From contig OZ024762.1 in the NCBI GenBank assembly GCA_964016885.1, positions 8,742,001 to 8,806,000 on the forward strand: a DNA stretch of 64,000 bases, read 5' to 3'. This DNA comes from Eledone cirrhosa (taxonomy: Eukaryota). Shown here one piece after another: positions 14,365-26,095 of this stretch. The number at the start of each line of letters is the position of its first letter. Position 1 is the first letter of the stretch. The notes below the pieces were generated by a model. It was not told the DNA's origin. It was given only the letters and a program-made list of their open reading frames with translations, and did no database searches. A program made the translations under genes and the position numbers.

Positions 14365-15410
14365 CCGCCACTAGCACCACCACCACCACCGCCGCCGATA
14401 CTACCACCGTCACCACCACCGCTACCATCGCCACCGCTACCATCACCACCACTACCACCACCGCCACTACCATCACCGCCGCTACCATCGCCGATACTAC
14501 CACCACCGCCGATACTACCACCGACACTACCACCACCGCCACTTCCACCACTACCATCACTACCGCCATCACCACCACCACCACTACCACCGTCACTACC
14601 ACCACCGCCACTTCCACCACTACCATCACTACCGCCATCACCACCACCACCACTACCACCGTCACTACCACCACCGCCACTTCCACCACTACCATCACTA
14701 CCGCCATCACCACCACCACCACTACCACCGACACTACCACCACCGCCACTTCCACCACTACCATCACTACCGCCATCACCACCACCACCACTACCACCGT
14801 CACTACCACCGCCACTACCACCACCGCTACCATCTCTACAGCCACTACCACCATCTCTACCGCCACCACCACCACCACTACCATCACTCCCACCATCACT
14901 ACCCTCTCTACCGCCACTACCATCACCGCTACCGCCACCACCGCCACTACCATCTCTACCACCACCACCACGACTACCATCTCTACCACCACCACCACTA
15001 CCATCTCTACCGCCACCACCACTACCATCTCTACCACCACCACCACTACCATCTCTACCGCCACCACCATCACCACCACCACCACTACCACCACCACCAC
15101 CACCACTACCATCTCTACCACCACCACCACTACCATCTCTACCGCCACCACCACTACCATCTCTACCACCACCACCACTACCATCTCTACCGCCACCACC
15201 ATCACCACCACCACCACTACCACCACCACCACCACCACTACCATCTCTACCGCCACCACCATCACCACCACCACCACTACCACCACCACTACCACCACTA
15301 CCATCTCTACCGCCACCACCATCACCACCACCACCACTACCATCTCTACCACTACCACCACCACCACCGCCACCACCATCACGCTCACCCTCACAACCAT
15401 CACCATCCAC
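14365..15410. repeat. (CCA/CTA/CCG)n trinucleotide-derived minisatellite
   Basis: Direct inspection; produces spurious poly-Pro and Gly-Ser ORFs. Confidence 0.9.
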
Positions 15411-15518
15411 ACGTACATTCATTCATTCATCATTTTTCCCGCCCTTCCCCTCCATCTCCACCCTACTGTATGTACACGTGTGTGTGTGTAAGGATATAGA
15501 TAGATAGATGGATGGGAC

Positions 15519-15554
<36 letters not shown>

Positions 15555-15563
<9 letters not shown>

Positions 15564-15952
15564 TAAAAAAATAATGAATAAAACAATGAAACAGTTCCTT
15601 ATATTAAACAAAAAAAGTTCATTATTTAACGATCGTTTCTAGGATATATATGTGTTAGAATTGGCATGCATATTCAACAGATCTATGTACAAAATTATAC
15701 AAAATTATACAAACTATCAAGATTAAATATACATACCAAACACACTGAAGACGGCATATATGTGTGTTTGGTATGTATATTTAATCTTGATAGTTTGTAT
15801 AATTTTGTATAATTTTGTACATAGATCTGTTGAATATGCATGCCAATTCTAACACATATATATCCTAGAAACGATCGTTAAATAATGAACTTTTTTTGTT
15901 TAATATAAGGAACTGTTTCATTGTTTTATTCATTATTTTTTTAATATTTTAT
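15555..15952. repeat. Near-perfect ~190-bp-arm inverted repeat with a 16-nt loop
   Basis: 15555-15745 is the reverse complement of 15762-15952; the loop region starts CTGAAGA CGGC ATATAT. Confidence 0.95.
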
Positions 15953-16081
15953 CTTGACTCTGTATTCCGTTTATCTTTCACCGAAAGTGATTTTTCATTG
16001 CATCTCTTCTTTCCATGATATCCGGACTACATTGAGTTCTTCATACGGATTGGACACTACCGTAAACTCTTGGTAGATTTA

Positions 16082-16134
<53 letters not shown>

Positions 16135-16135
16135 A

Positions 16136-16243
<108 letters not shown>

Positions 16244-16283
16244 GATATTAAATAAATGGAAACTATATTTATAAAACCATATT

Positions 16284-16349
16284 TATTTCATTATATATAT
16301 TTCAGGGATATCATATTAAAAATATGGTATGCCTTCATCAGACAAAATA
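16284..16349 (-). ncRNA. Type I hammerhead ribozyme (family E), tandem copy 1
   Basis: Minus: TATTTTGT-CTGATGA-AGGC ATACCATAT ttttA ATATGATAT CCCT-GAAA-TATATA-TA-ATGAAATA. Confidence 0.85.
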
Positions 16350-16450
16350 CAATATAAACAGTCTTATAAATAGATAGATTTGACATACCTTACAACTTCA
16401 ACTTCCATTTAAAAAGTTGATTATGGAAACTATATTTATAAAACCATATT

Positions 16451-16511
16451 TATTCTATTATATATATTTCAAGGGTACCAAAACTTTGGTACGTTTTCAT
16501 CAGATAAAATA
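16451..16511 (-). ncRNA. Type I hammerhead ribozyme (family E), tandem copy 2
   Basis: Minus: TATTTTAT-CTGATGA-AAAC GTACCAAA GT TTTGGTAC CCTT-GAAA-TATATA-TA-ATAGAATA. Confidence 0.8.
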
Positions 16512-16604
16512 CAAAGTTTGTTTTATAAATAGAGACATACCCATGAAAATCATACCTTATCGGTTGGATATTCACTGGATAGTATATATATATATATATA
16601 GATA

Positions 16605-17090
16605 TATTTCTTTATTAGCCACAAGGGCGCACAAGAAAAGGGGACAATACAAAGACACATGCCGGGGATTTTACATACCGTCGTGTAAAAATATAAAAAC
16701 AAACAATTACAACAATCGAAATCCCCAATAGGGGGGGGGGGGGGCACAAATGGGTTGTTTAATACCCCGTCGATAGAACAACCCTCAACTGCAGGAGCGT
16801 GTTGTGCAAGTGCTCCCTTCCTCCTTTTGCTCTCTTCCTCAACCTACAGGCTTATAAACAGGGAAGGCCCAATCACTCGGGCCATTTTCGCTTCATTCAC
16901 CCACCTTTCAGTAAATTTACTGGGGTGCAGTGCCTCTCTCTCCACCCTGATTCTCCTTCTAAAGTGATACTTAAAGAAGGGAATCAATTGTTGTCCGGAG
17001 AGAAAGGCATCTGTCCTCAGTCCTCTCAACCTCGTCCACCATATAACTTCTTTCACCATAGCCACTGTACAGAGGAATACCGCCTCTCTT
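16605..17090 (-). mobile_element. L1/Tx1-like LINE 3' end
   Basis: AMVKEVIWWTRL...FFKYHFRRRIRVERE...FTERW C-terminal motif; UTR ends ccttgtggctaataaa next to (TA)n; related tail at 24085-24200. Confidence 0.6.
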
Positions 17091-17143
17091 TCAAATCTAT
17101 CTATCTCTCTCTCTATCTATCTATCTATCTATTTATTTCTCTC

Positions 17144-17188
<45 letters not shown>

Positions 17189-17649
17189 AGATAGACACAC
17201 ACACAGACAGACAGACAGACAGACAGACAGATAGATAGCTTGATAGATAGACAGACAGACGGACATATAGACAGACAGACAGACAAACAGACATATAGGC
17301 AGAGAAACAGACAGAAAGACAGACAGACAGACAGACAGAAAGACAGACAGACAGACAGATAGTTTGATAGGTCAACAGGTGTCAATGTTGATATTAAGCC
17401 CCATTGTTATCATTAAACAGAATGACCTCTGTGACACCCAAATATGATAGCCCTTATTATGTCAAGTGGGGTCCTGACATCCCGTTTTTTGTTAGGGGTC
17501 ATCAATACGGGTATAATAGGGACGAATGTACTGATTCAATTGTTTTGTTCTGGGTGAGGTGAAGAGTTAGTGATCTGTGGGGGAATTGTGGGCCCGGGAG
17601 TGTGTAATGAAACTTAAATATTCTTAAAGACATATACATACATACACAT

Positions 17650-17706
<57 letters not shown>

Positions 17707-17769
17707 CACACATATATATATATATATACATACATATATATATATACATACGTAAATACATATATGTAT

Positions 17770-17957
17770 ATAAGGAAGGAAGTGTGGTAAGGAACCAGGT
17801 GCACCATAGCGCACCAGAGTACTCAATACTTAGGGTAGTAGAGTGGGTAATGGGAAAATGTTTGACCCCGACGGCAAAGCTGAAGCCGTTTCGACGGCTA
17901 TTTCTGGACTAGAAATAGCCGTCGAACCGGCTTGAGCTCTGCCGTCGGGGTCAAACA
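17770..17957. mobile_element. Family-B terminus with a fold-back inside HHR stem II
   Basis: tgtttgaccccgacggc...tttcgacggctatttct ggact agaaatagccgtcgaaccggcttgagctctgccgtcggggtcaaaca. Confidence 0.75.
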
Positions 17958-19175
17958 GCAGCAGCAACAGTAGCAACAACAGTAACAACAACAGTAACAA
18001 CAACAGCAACAACAACAGTAACAACAACAGCAATGACAACAACAGCATCAACGGGAACAACAGCAACAACAGCAACAACAACAACAACAGCAACAATAAC
18101 ACCAACAACAACAGTAACAACAACATCAATGACAACAACAGCAACAACGGGAACAACAACAACAACAGCAACAACAACACCAACAACAACGGCAGCAACA
18201 GTTGGGACAACAACGTCAGCGTTAAGAAAAATACGTATAATAATTTCATGGACATCAACAATAACAACAATAATAATAACATCAATTATGTCAACAACAA
18301 CAACAACAACATCAATTGTGACAACAACACGATAACAATAACAGCAACAACAACAACAACATCAATTGTGACAACAACACGATAACAATAACAGCAACAA
18401 CAACAACAACAACAATTATGACAACAACACGATAACAATAACAGCAACAACAACAACAACATCAATTATGACAACAACACGATAACAATAACAGCAACAA
18501 CAACAACAACAACAACAACATCAATTGTGACAACAACACGATAACAATAACAGCAACAACAACGACGACAACAAAAACAAAACTAAGCACATGAACAATA
18601 ACAACAGCAACACCACCATCACCACCACCACCACCAACAACCCCAACACCACCATCACCACCACACCATCAACAACAACAACACCACCACCAACAACAAC
18701 AACAACACCACCAACAACACCACTATCACCAACACCACCACCACACCACTGTTACCCCCCAAAACACTACCACCGACAACAACAACACCACCACTATCAC
18801 CACCACCACCACCACCAGAACAACAACAACACCACTACCCCCACCGCCACCAACAACATCACCCCCTCTCCCACCCACCATCACCACCAACAACAACAAC
18901 ACCACCACCACCACTAACCCTCCCACAACAATGCCACCGCCACCACCACCATCACACCACCGCCACCATCACCACCACCACAACACCACCACCACCACCA
19001 CCACCACCACAACAACAACAACACCGCCACCACCACCAACACCATCGCCACCACCACACCACTATCACCACCACCAACACCTCCACCACCACCACCACAA
19101 CAACATCGCCACCACCACCATCACCACCACCACCACCACCAACCACCACCACCACAACAACAACAACAACAACGC
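17955..19175. repeat. (CAA/CAC)n microsatellite with a ~57-bp higher-order repeat at 18290-18560
   Basis: Repeated acatcaattgtgacaacaacacgataacaataacagcaac. Confidence 0.9.
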
Positions 19176-19353
19176 CATGTTAGTAAGATGTCAGTAAGGA
19201 GAAGAGAAGAATATTTCTGTTTTGTTTTTAAGTAAACATTAGTTTGTCAAAAGTCACAAATCATTTGTAAAGTTTGATGTTTGATGTCACAATTGGTTTA
19301 TATCAGGTTTGATTAGGAGAGGACGGCGGTGAGCTTTCTGGGCAGATGCAGCA

Positions 19354-19431
<78 letters not shown>

Positions 19432-19692
19432 CAGAGAGAGAGAGAAAGAAAGAGAGAGAGAAAAAGAGAGAGGGAGAGGAGGGAGAAGAGAGGGAGGCTG
19501 TGGACGGAGGAGCTGTGGTGAACGAATGCAGGGTTGAAGGAGGAGTATTGAGAACTGACATAGACAACACCACTGACATTTTATTTTACATATATGAATG
19601 GATCTTTATCCTTAAGCTGTGATAGCTACATACGTACATGTAAAATGACTGAAAATGATGAGGATAACGACGCCATCTTTCTCTCTCTCTCC

Positions 19693-19770
<78 letters not shown>

Positions 19771-19867
19771 TCCACTCGCTTTATTACATTGTCTGTCATG
19801 TCAAGACACACACACTCACACATACACACACACACACACATATATATATGTGTGTGTGTGAATATGC

Positions 19868-19917
<50 letters not shown>

Positions 19918-20057
19918 GTATGTATATATATACATATATATATATAAATACATATATATCTGTGTGTGTGAATATGCATGTATATATATACATATATATA
20001 CATATATATAAATGAAAATATATATATATACATATATATATTTACATACATATATAT

Positions 20058-20100
<43 letters not shown>

Positions 20101-20418
20101 CATATATATACATGCACTCACACAGACACACACACACACACACACACACCCACATATATATATTTATATATATATACATACATATATACATACATACATA
20201 TATACATGTGTGTGTGTGTGTTAATATTGATACTCTGTCTGATATCACATACGTCATACCTTATGGTATACATGATGTGGTGTGCTTACGTCTGATTACA
20301 CCAAAACTGGTTGATTGCTCAGATCAACCAACACTGATAATCGAAATCTATCTATCTATCTATTTATCTCTCTCTCTCTATATATATATATATATAGAGA
20401 GAGAGAGAAGGAGAGAGA

Positions 20419-20469
<51 letters not shown>

Positions 20470-20472
<3 letters not shown>

Positions 20473-20632
20473 ATAATAATAAATTTGAAGACTAAAATCC
20501 AAAGAGGGCTCGATGAGGATAAATATATATAAAATATATAAGAACCGTAGAGCAAATATTTATTAAAATAACAGATTAAAGTTTAAGCAAAGAATCGCTG
20601 CTTTCACCCTTAACGGGATCTTCTGAAACTAA
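20470..20632 (-). mobile_element. HHR-element family F, with a hammerhead (U4A-substituted core) at 20580-20630
   Basis: Minus: AGTTT-CAGAAGA-T CCC GTTAA GGG T-GAAA-GCA gcgattctt TGC-TT-AAACT; second copy at 63770-63903; (TA)n on both sides. Confidence 0.7.
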
Positions 20633-20763
20633 ATATATATATATATATATATATATATTTAAAAACACACAGATACATGCGGACACACACATATATACAT
20701 GAATGCATCCGCATATATATATATATATTTAGTTATATATAAATAAATATATATGTATATATA

Positions 20764-20814
<51 letters not shown>

Positions 20815-20817
<3 letters not shown>

Positions 20818-21112
20818 ACTGAAAGTTTCGCGAAATAGTCTTTTTAAGACTATACAGAGCATTTGTAGTTTTTCCAAATTGAAAATATGATGAGTATTTA
20901 AACTTTATTTTATTCTGAGTTAAGGCTCTATTGATTTTTCCTTGGATTTCACAAAAATCTATGGCTAAATCTCTGCCTTGATTTTCTTTGAATTGAGTTT
21001 GAAAATATTTTCCCACATCTTACGTTAACTATTTTTCCATTTTGACGTTATAGTCACTTATATATATTATGAAATACTGTTGGCTTCACGCTCACAACAA
21101 TTTCTATACTTT
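20815..21112 (-). mobile_element. Unclassified dispersed repeat (family H)
   Basis: Reverse-complement homolog at 31381-31600; terminus aatgaaagtatagaaa also at 25957-26013 and 43871-43920, abutting (TA)n. Confidence 0.65.
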
Positions 21113-21117
21113 AATTT

Positions 21118-21275
21118 TGGGAGCCCCTACATGGACACACTAGAAGAGGAAGACCAAGGTTAACATATGTTGATGCCCTAAGGACAGACACTGGTCTGTT
21201 GGAGATGCAGGATATGGCAGCGATAATGAGGGACAGAGACCGCTGGAGAGAACTCGTCCATGGATCACGGGAATT
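21118..21275 (+). mobile_element. RTE/RTE-X LINE extreme 3' fragment
   Basis: WEPLHGHTRRGRPRLTYVDALRTDTGL..M..RDRDRWRELV. Confidence 0.75.
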
Positions 21276-21440
21276 TTATCCGCCTTAGATATATATATGT
21301 ATATATTATTCAAAATATTAATAAATGGATACATTGACATAATCAAAATATATGTTTTATTATATATCTATATCCAAAATTAAGATAAATCAAACGAATT
21401 TAATCTAAATCAAAATTATGGGTGTCATGCCAGAAAGACA

Positions 21441-21500
21441 TTTATTATATATATTTCGGAGGTACTGTGCTGTTTTTTCAGTACGTCCTCATCAGATAAA
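21441..21500 (-). ncRNA. Type I hammerhead ribozyme (family E)
   Basis: Minus: TTTAT-CTGATGA-GGA C GTACTG aaaaaacagca CAGTAC C TCC-GAAA-TATATA-TA-ATAAA. Confidence 0.88.
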
Positions 21501-21664
21501 ATACATAAATTGATGTATGACATACCTCAACTGTGCTGATGGTTCAATCCCAGTCTTGGCAGTCAGAATAATAACTAAAGAAAATAATTTTCACTGTTGA
21601 GTGCTTCTAATCTATTGTAAAACTACATTTATTGATTAATCAATGAACCTTGTTTAACTTTTGG

Positions 21665-21712
<48 letters not shown>

Positions 21713-21749
21713 GTATATATATATATATATATAATGTATATATATGTAC

Positions 21750-21831
<82 letters not shown>

Positions 21832-22612
21832 ATATATAAATATATAATATGTGTATATATACACATACACACGTGTATAACAATAACAACAACAGTAACA
21901 ACAGTAAATGATAATTTCTAAGTTGGTGTTAGTGTTATGTTGGTGGTGTTGGTGGTGTTGTGGTGGTGGTGGTGGTGTTGTGGTGGTGGTGGTGATGGTG
22001 TTAGTGTTGGTGGTGGTGGTGTTATTGGTGGTGGTGTTGGTGTTGGTGTTGGTGGAGGTGATGGTGGTGGTGTTGTGGTGGTGGTGTTGATGGTGGTGGT
22101 GGTAGTGTTGTTGTTGTTGTTGGTGGTGGTGGTGATGGTGGTGTTGGAGGTGGTGGTGTTGGTGTTGGTGGTGTTGGTGGTGTTGGTGTTGGTGTTGCTG
22201 GTGGTGGTGGAGTTGGTGGTGGTGGTGGTGTTGGTGTTGGTGGTGTTGGTGTTGGTGTTGGTGGTGGTGTTGGTGGTGTTGGTGTTGGTGGTGTTGGTGT
22301 TGGTGGTGGTGGTGATGGTGGTGGAGTTGGTGGTGGTGGTGGTGTTGGTGGTAGTGTTGGTGGTGGAGTTGGTGGTGGTGTTGGTGGTGGTGGTGGTGGT
22401 GGTTCGACGGGGAGGAACGGCGGGACGGACGGTCTATAATCATTATAGTGATTCCAGTAATCGAATTCGCAGTTTGTTTTATCGATTGTGAATAATGAAA
22501 AGATGAAAGGTGTCGGCCGGCTTCGATGAGTATTTCACAGGTGGATGGGTTCAAATCTGTTCTGAGTAACGTAACCCATTGTTCTTGGTGAGGGGATGGA
22601 TAGAACGGAGTC

Positions 22613-23797
22613 GTGGTGTATTGATCTAAATGGCTAAACAAATGATTATATTGGTTTCCCCCATAGTATTTCACTGGTACTTTTATGATACGTGGTGTAT
22701 TGATCTAAATGGCTAAACAAATGATTATATTGGTTTCCCCCATAGTATTTCACTGGTACTTTTATGATACGTGGTGTATTGATCTAAATGGCTAAACAAA
22801 TGATTATATTGGTTTCCCCCATAGTATTTCACTGGTACTTTTATGATACGTGGTGTATTGATCTAAATGGCTAAACAAATGATTATATTGGTTTCCCCCA
22901 TAGTATTTCACTGGTACTTTTATGATACGTGGTGTATTGATCTAAATGGCTAAACAAATGATTATATTGGTTTCCCCCATAGTATTTCACTGGTACTTTT
23001 ATGATACGTGGTGTATTGATCTAAATGGCTAAACAAATGATTATATTGATTTCCCCCATAGTATTTCACTGGTACTTTTAGGATACGTGGTGTATTGATC
23101 TAAATGGCTAAACAAATGATTATATTGGTTTCCCCCATAGTATTTCACTGGTACTTTTAGGATACATGGTGTATTGATCTAAATGGCTAAACAAATGATT
23201 ATATTGGTTTCCCCCATAGTATTTCACTGGTACTTTTAGGATACATGGTGTATTGATCTAAATGGCTAAACAAATGATTATATTGGTTTCCCCCATAGTA
23301 TTTCACTGGTACTTTTAGGATACATGGTGTATTGATCTAAATGGCTAAACAAATGATTATATTGGTTTCCCCCATAGTATTTCACTGGTACTTTTAGGAT
23401 ACGTGGTGTATTGATCTAAATGGCTAAACAAATGATTATATTGGTTTCCCCCATAGTATTTCACTGGTACTTTTAGGATACGTGGTGTATTGATCTAAAT
23501 GGCTAAACAAATGATTATATTGGTTTCCCCCATAGTATTTCACTGGTACTTTTAGGATACGTGGTGTATTGATCTAAATGGCTAAACAAATGATTATATT
23601 GGTTTCCCCCATAGTATTTCACTGGTACTTTTATGATACGTGGTGTATTGATCTAAATGGCTAAACAAATGATTATATTGGTTTCCCCCATAGTATTTCA
23701 CTGGTACTTTTAGGATACGTGGTGTATTGATCTAAATGGCTAAACAAATGATTATATTGGTTTCCCCCATAGTATTTCACTGGTACTTTTATGATAC
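22613..23797. repeat. 79-bp tandem array, ~15 near-identical copies
   Basis: Unit gtggtgtattgatctaaatggctaaacaaatgattatattggtttcccccatagtatttcactggtacttttatgatac. Confidence 0.97.
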
Positions 23798-23826
23798 AGC
23801 CAATCCATGTTGGAAGGTTTTAATTT

Positions 23827-23950
23827 ACAAGGGTCAGCTGAAAAGTTCCTAGGCTGACTGAAGGATTGATGCTAGAGCTGTGAAATCTTGCACGCATTAA
23901 TTTCAACTTATTAATAACTGCATTGTTTCTTTCCAGGGAATATTTTGAAA
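23827..23950 (+). mobile_element. Possible Tc1/mariner-derived terminal fragment
   Basis: TA-CAAGGGTCAGCTGAAAAGTTCCTAGGCT resembles mariner TIRs; no partner TIR found. Confidence 0.4.
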
Positions 23951-23957
23951 AATAAAC

Positions 23958-24662
23958 GTAGTTAACCTCGGTAGGATTTGAACTCAGACCGTAAAGGAAT
24001 GTAACTCTATGCTACAAAGCATGGCGTCCGACCCTCTACTGATACTGTCAATCTACTGCCCTGGGTGAGATTGATAATAAGGGTTTCATTTATTGGCCAC
24101 AAGGGCCGACATATAGGGGACAACACACTAGACAGGGACAGTGGGGGGGGGGGGGTTATATATAAAACGTGTAAAAATATAAATAACAATCACAAAATAA
24201 CAAAAAAAGTACAACGAGAATTCCCCAATAGGGGAGATAACCACTCAGGGTAGAGCTCAACAGATGAGATCGATTAATTGTTTCTACTTTTGGCACAAGC
24301 CCAGCAATAACCCAGTGCATTACTGGTACTCTATTTTATCGACCCCGTAAGGATGAAAGGCAAAGTTAACCTCGGCGGGATTTAAACTGCAAAGGGCCGT
24401 AACTCTATGGCTCTGGCTTGTCCAACGCTCTACCGATATTGCCAATCAACCACCCTAAAGTATAATAATAATTGTTTCTATTTTTGGCACAAGGCCAGCA
24501 ATTACCCCAGTACATTACTGGTACTTTATTTTATCGACCTCGTAAGGAGGAAAGGCAAAGTTAACCTTGGTGGGATTTGAACTCAGAAGGTAAAGAGACG
24601 TAACTCTATACTACCAATCCACCGCCCTAAAGTACAATAATAATAATAATGTTAATTACGAC

Positions 24663-24702
<40 letters not shown>

Positions 24703-24895
24703 CTAATGATGACGAAGACAACTATCATGATATTGGCCGGCCAACAGTTTTGCGGGGGAGGGGAAGTGGATTGAATCGCCTGCAGTGTATTACTGGTACC
24801 TTATTCTATCGACCCCCGTACAGATGAAAAGCAAAGCTAACCTCGGCGGGGATTTAAACTCAGAACGCAAAAGGCCGTAACTCTATGTCGCAAAG
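23958..24895 (-). mobile_element. Four minus-strand copies or fragments of the Meta-like SINE plus a Tx1-like tail
   Basis: actggtactttattttatcgacccc..ggatgaaaggcaaagttaacctcgg.gggatttgaactcag repeated. Confidence 0.8.
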
Positions 24896-24958
24896 CTAAT
24901 AATATTAATATTTATATTCATACTGATAACATGAACAGTACTAACAATTGATCATACA

Positions 24959-25015
<57 letters not shown>

Positions 25016-25296
25016 CCATAACAACAACAATAACAACGAAACAAAGAATAGCAAAAACAAAATGGCTGCAATTATTTACTCATTAGTTTCAAAATCTAAA
25101 ATTAGAATTGGTGAAACTTAATTATCAGTGTAACAACAGGCAATTAATTTTCAACGCTTAATAATTACAAGCGACTACTACAATTAATGTTTGATAATTT
25201 AATTAACCTCTATCAGTAGATAATTACAACTGAAGTACATACAGAGAGAAAAAAAAAGGGGGGGGGGGGCGGACGATAGATATACATAGACAAACA

Positions 25297-25362
<66 letters not shown>

Positions 25363-25369
<7 letters not shown>

Positions 25370-25818
25370 ATACTTTGGGAGGGTCATGTTGCCAATAAGA
25401 AACACACGCACCAGTTGCTTTCACTTCAATTTATTATAAATTAAATTTATAAATTTAGGAATTTATAAATTTCCGGTTGGTTGGTTGGTTCCAAAACCAG
25501 ACGATTGTTTATATATTGTCAAAGTTCTTTCGTCACACATTCTGTGACCTCTTCAGTGACTGGGGATTCTTTTCTTTGTTTTTGTGCCTCTCCTTTGTTC
25601 TGTTCCAGGCCATCTTGTTTTTGTGTGTGTTGTGTGCTTAGTTTGCGCATGTGTTACATCTGGGTGTCTCTGTGTGTTTATATTTGTTTATTTATTTGTT
25701 TATTTATTTGTTTATTTACATGTTACTGGTTGGTTGTTTGTTCTATGTGCGTGTGTGTTTTCATTTTGTCCTTAATTGTAAGTTATTGGCAACATGACCC
25801 TCCCAAAGTATAACAATA
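25363..25818 (-). mobile_element. HHR-element family G with an inverted copy of its own 3' terminus (TIR-like ends TGTTATAC...GTATAACA)
   Basis: ~35-bp inverted ends tattgttatactttgggagggtcatgttgccaataa; internal HHR; + strand homolog at 57300-57577. Confidence 0.8.
25518..25560 (-). ncRNA. Minimal type I hammerhead ribozyme (family G)
   Basis: Minus: GTCA-CTGAAGA-G GTCACA gaatg TGTGAC-GAAA-G AA C-TT-TGAC. Confidence 0.8.
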
Positions 25819-25873
25819 TCGGTTTCAACACACGTTTTCAGATAAAGAATCTTGCTAAACAAATTCAGAAACG

Positions 25874-25959
<86 letters not shown>

Positions 25960-26013
25960 GAAAGGTATAGAAATTGTTTTAGCGAGAAGCTAACAGTATT
26001 CCATAACATATAT

Positions 26014-26095
26014 GAGCTCAAGCCGTTTCGACGGCTAATTCTGGACTAAATGAAAATTTATCCTGGTATTTAAATAGCCGATCTTCTCAAGGGGT
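26014..26095 (-). ncRNA. Hammerhead with U3-A8 variant core (family B), truncated before the cleavage site
   Basis: Minus: ACCCC-TTGAGAA-GA T CGGCTATT..long loop..ATTAGCCG TC-GAAA-CGGC TTGAGCTC; the missing GCCG-TC-GGGGT is present in other family-B copies. Confidence 0.65.

Noticed and set aside
13954-15507. 517-aa proline-rich (formin/extensin-like) ORF
   Set aside because: A (CCA/CTA)n-derived repeat open in several frames, with low-complexity flanks and no recognisable domain or splice context
22613-23797. CRISPR-like regular array (also 45271-46425, 46658-47310, 388-743)
   Set aside because: Units are contiguous with no unique spacers; no cas genes; eukaryotic context
25819-25850. Minus-strand CTGAAAA...GAAACCG as a hammerhead
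   Set aside because: C3/A8 is not compensatory, stem II does not pair, and the sister copy at ~53000 differs in the core
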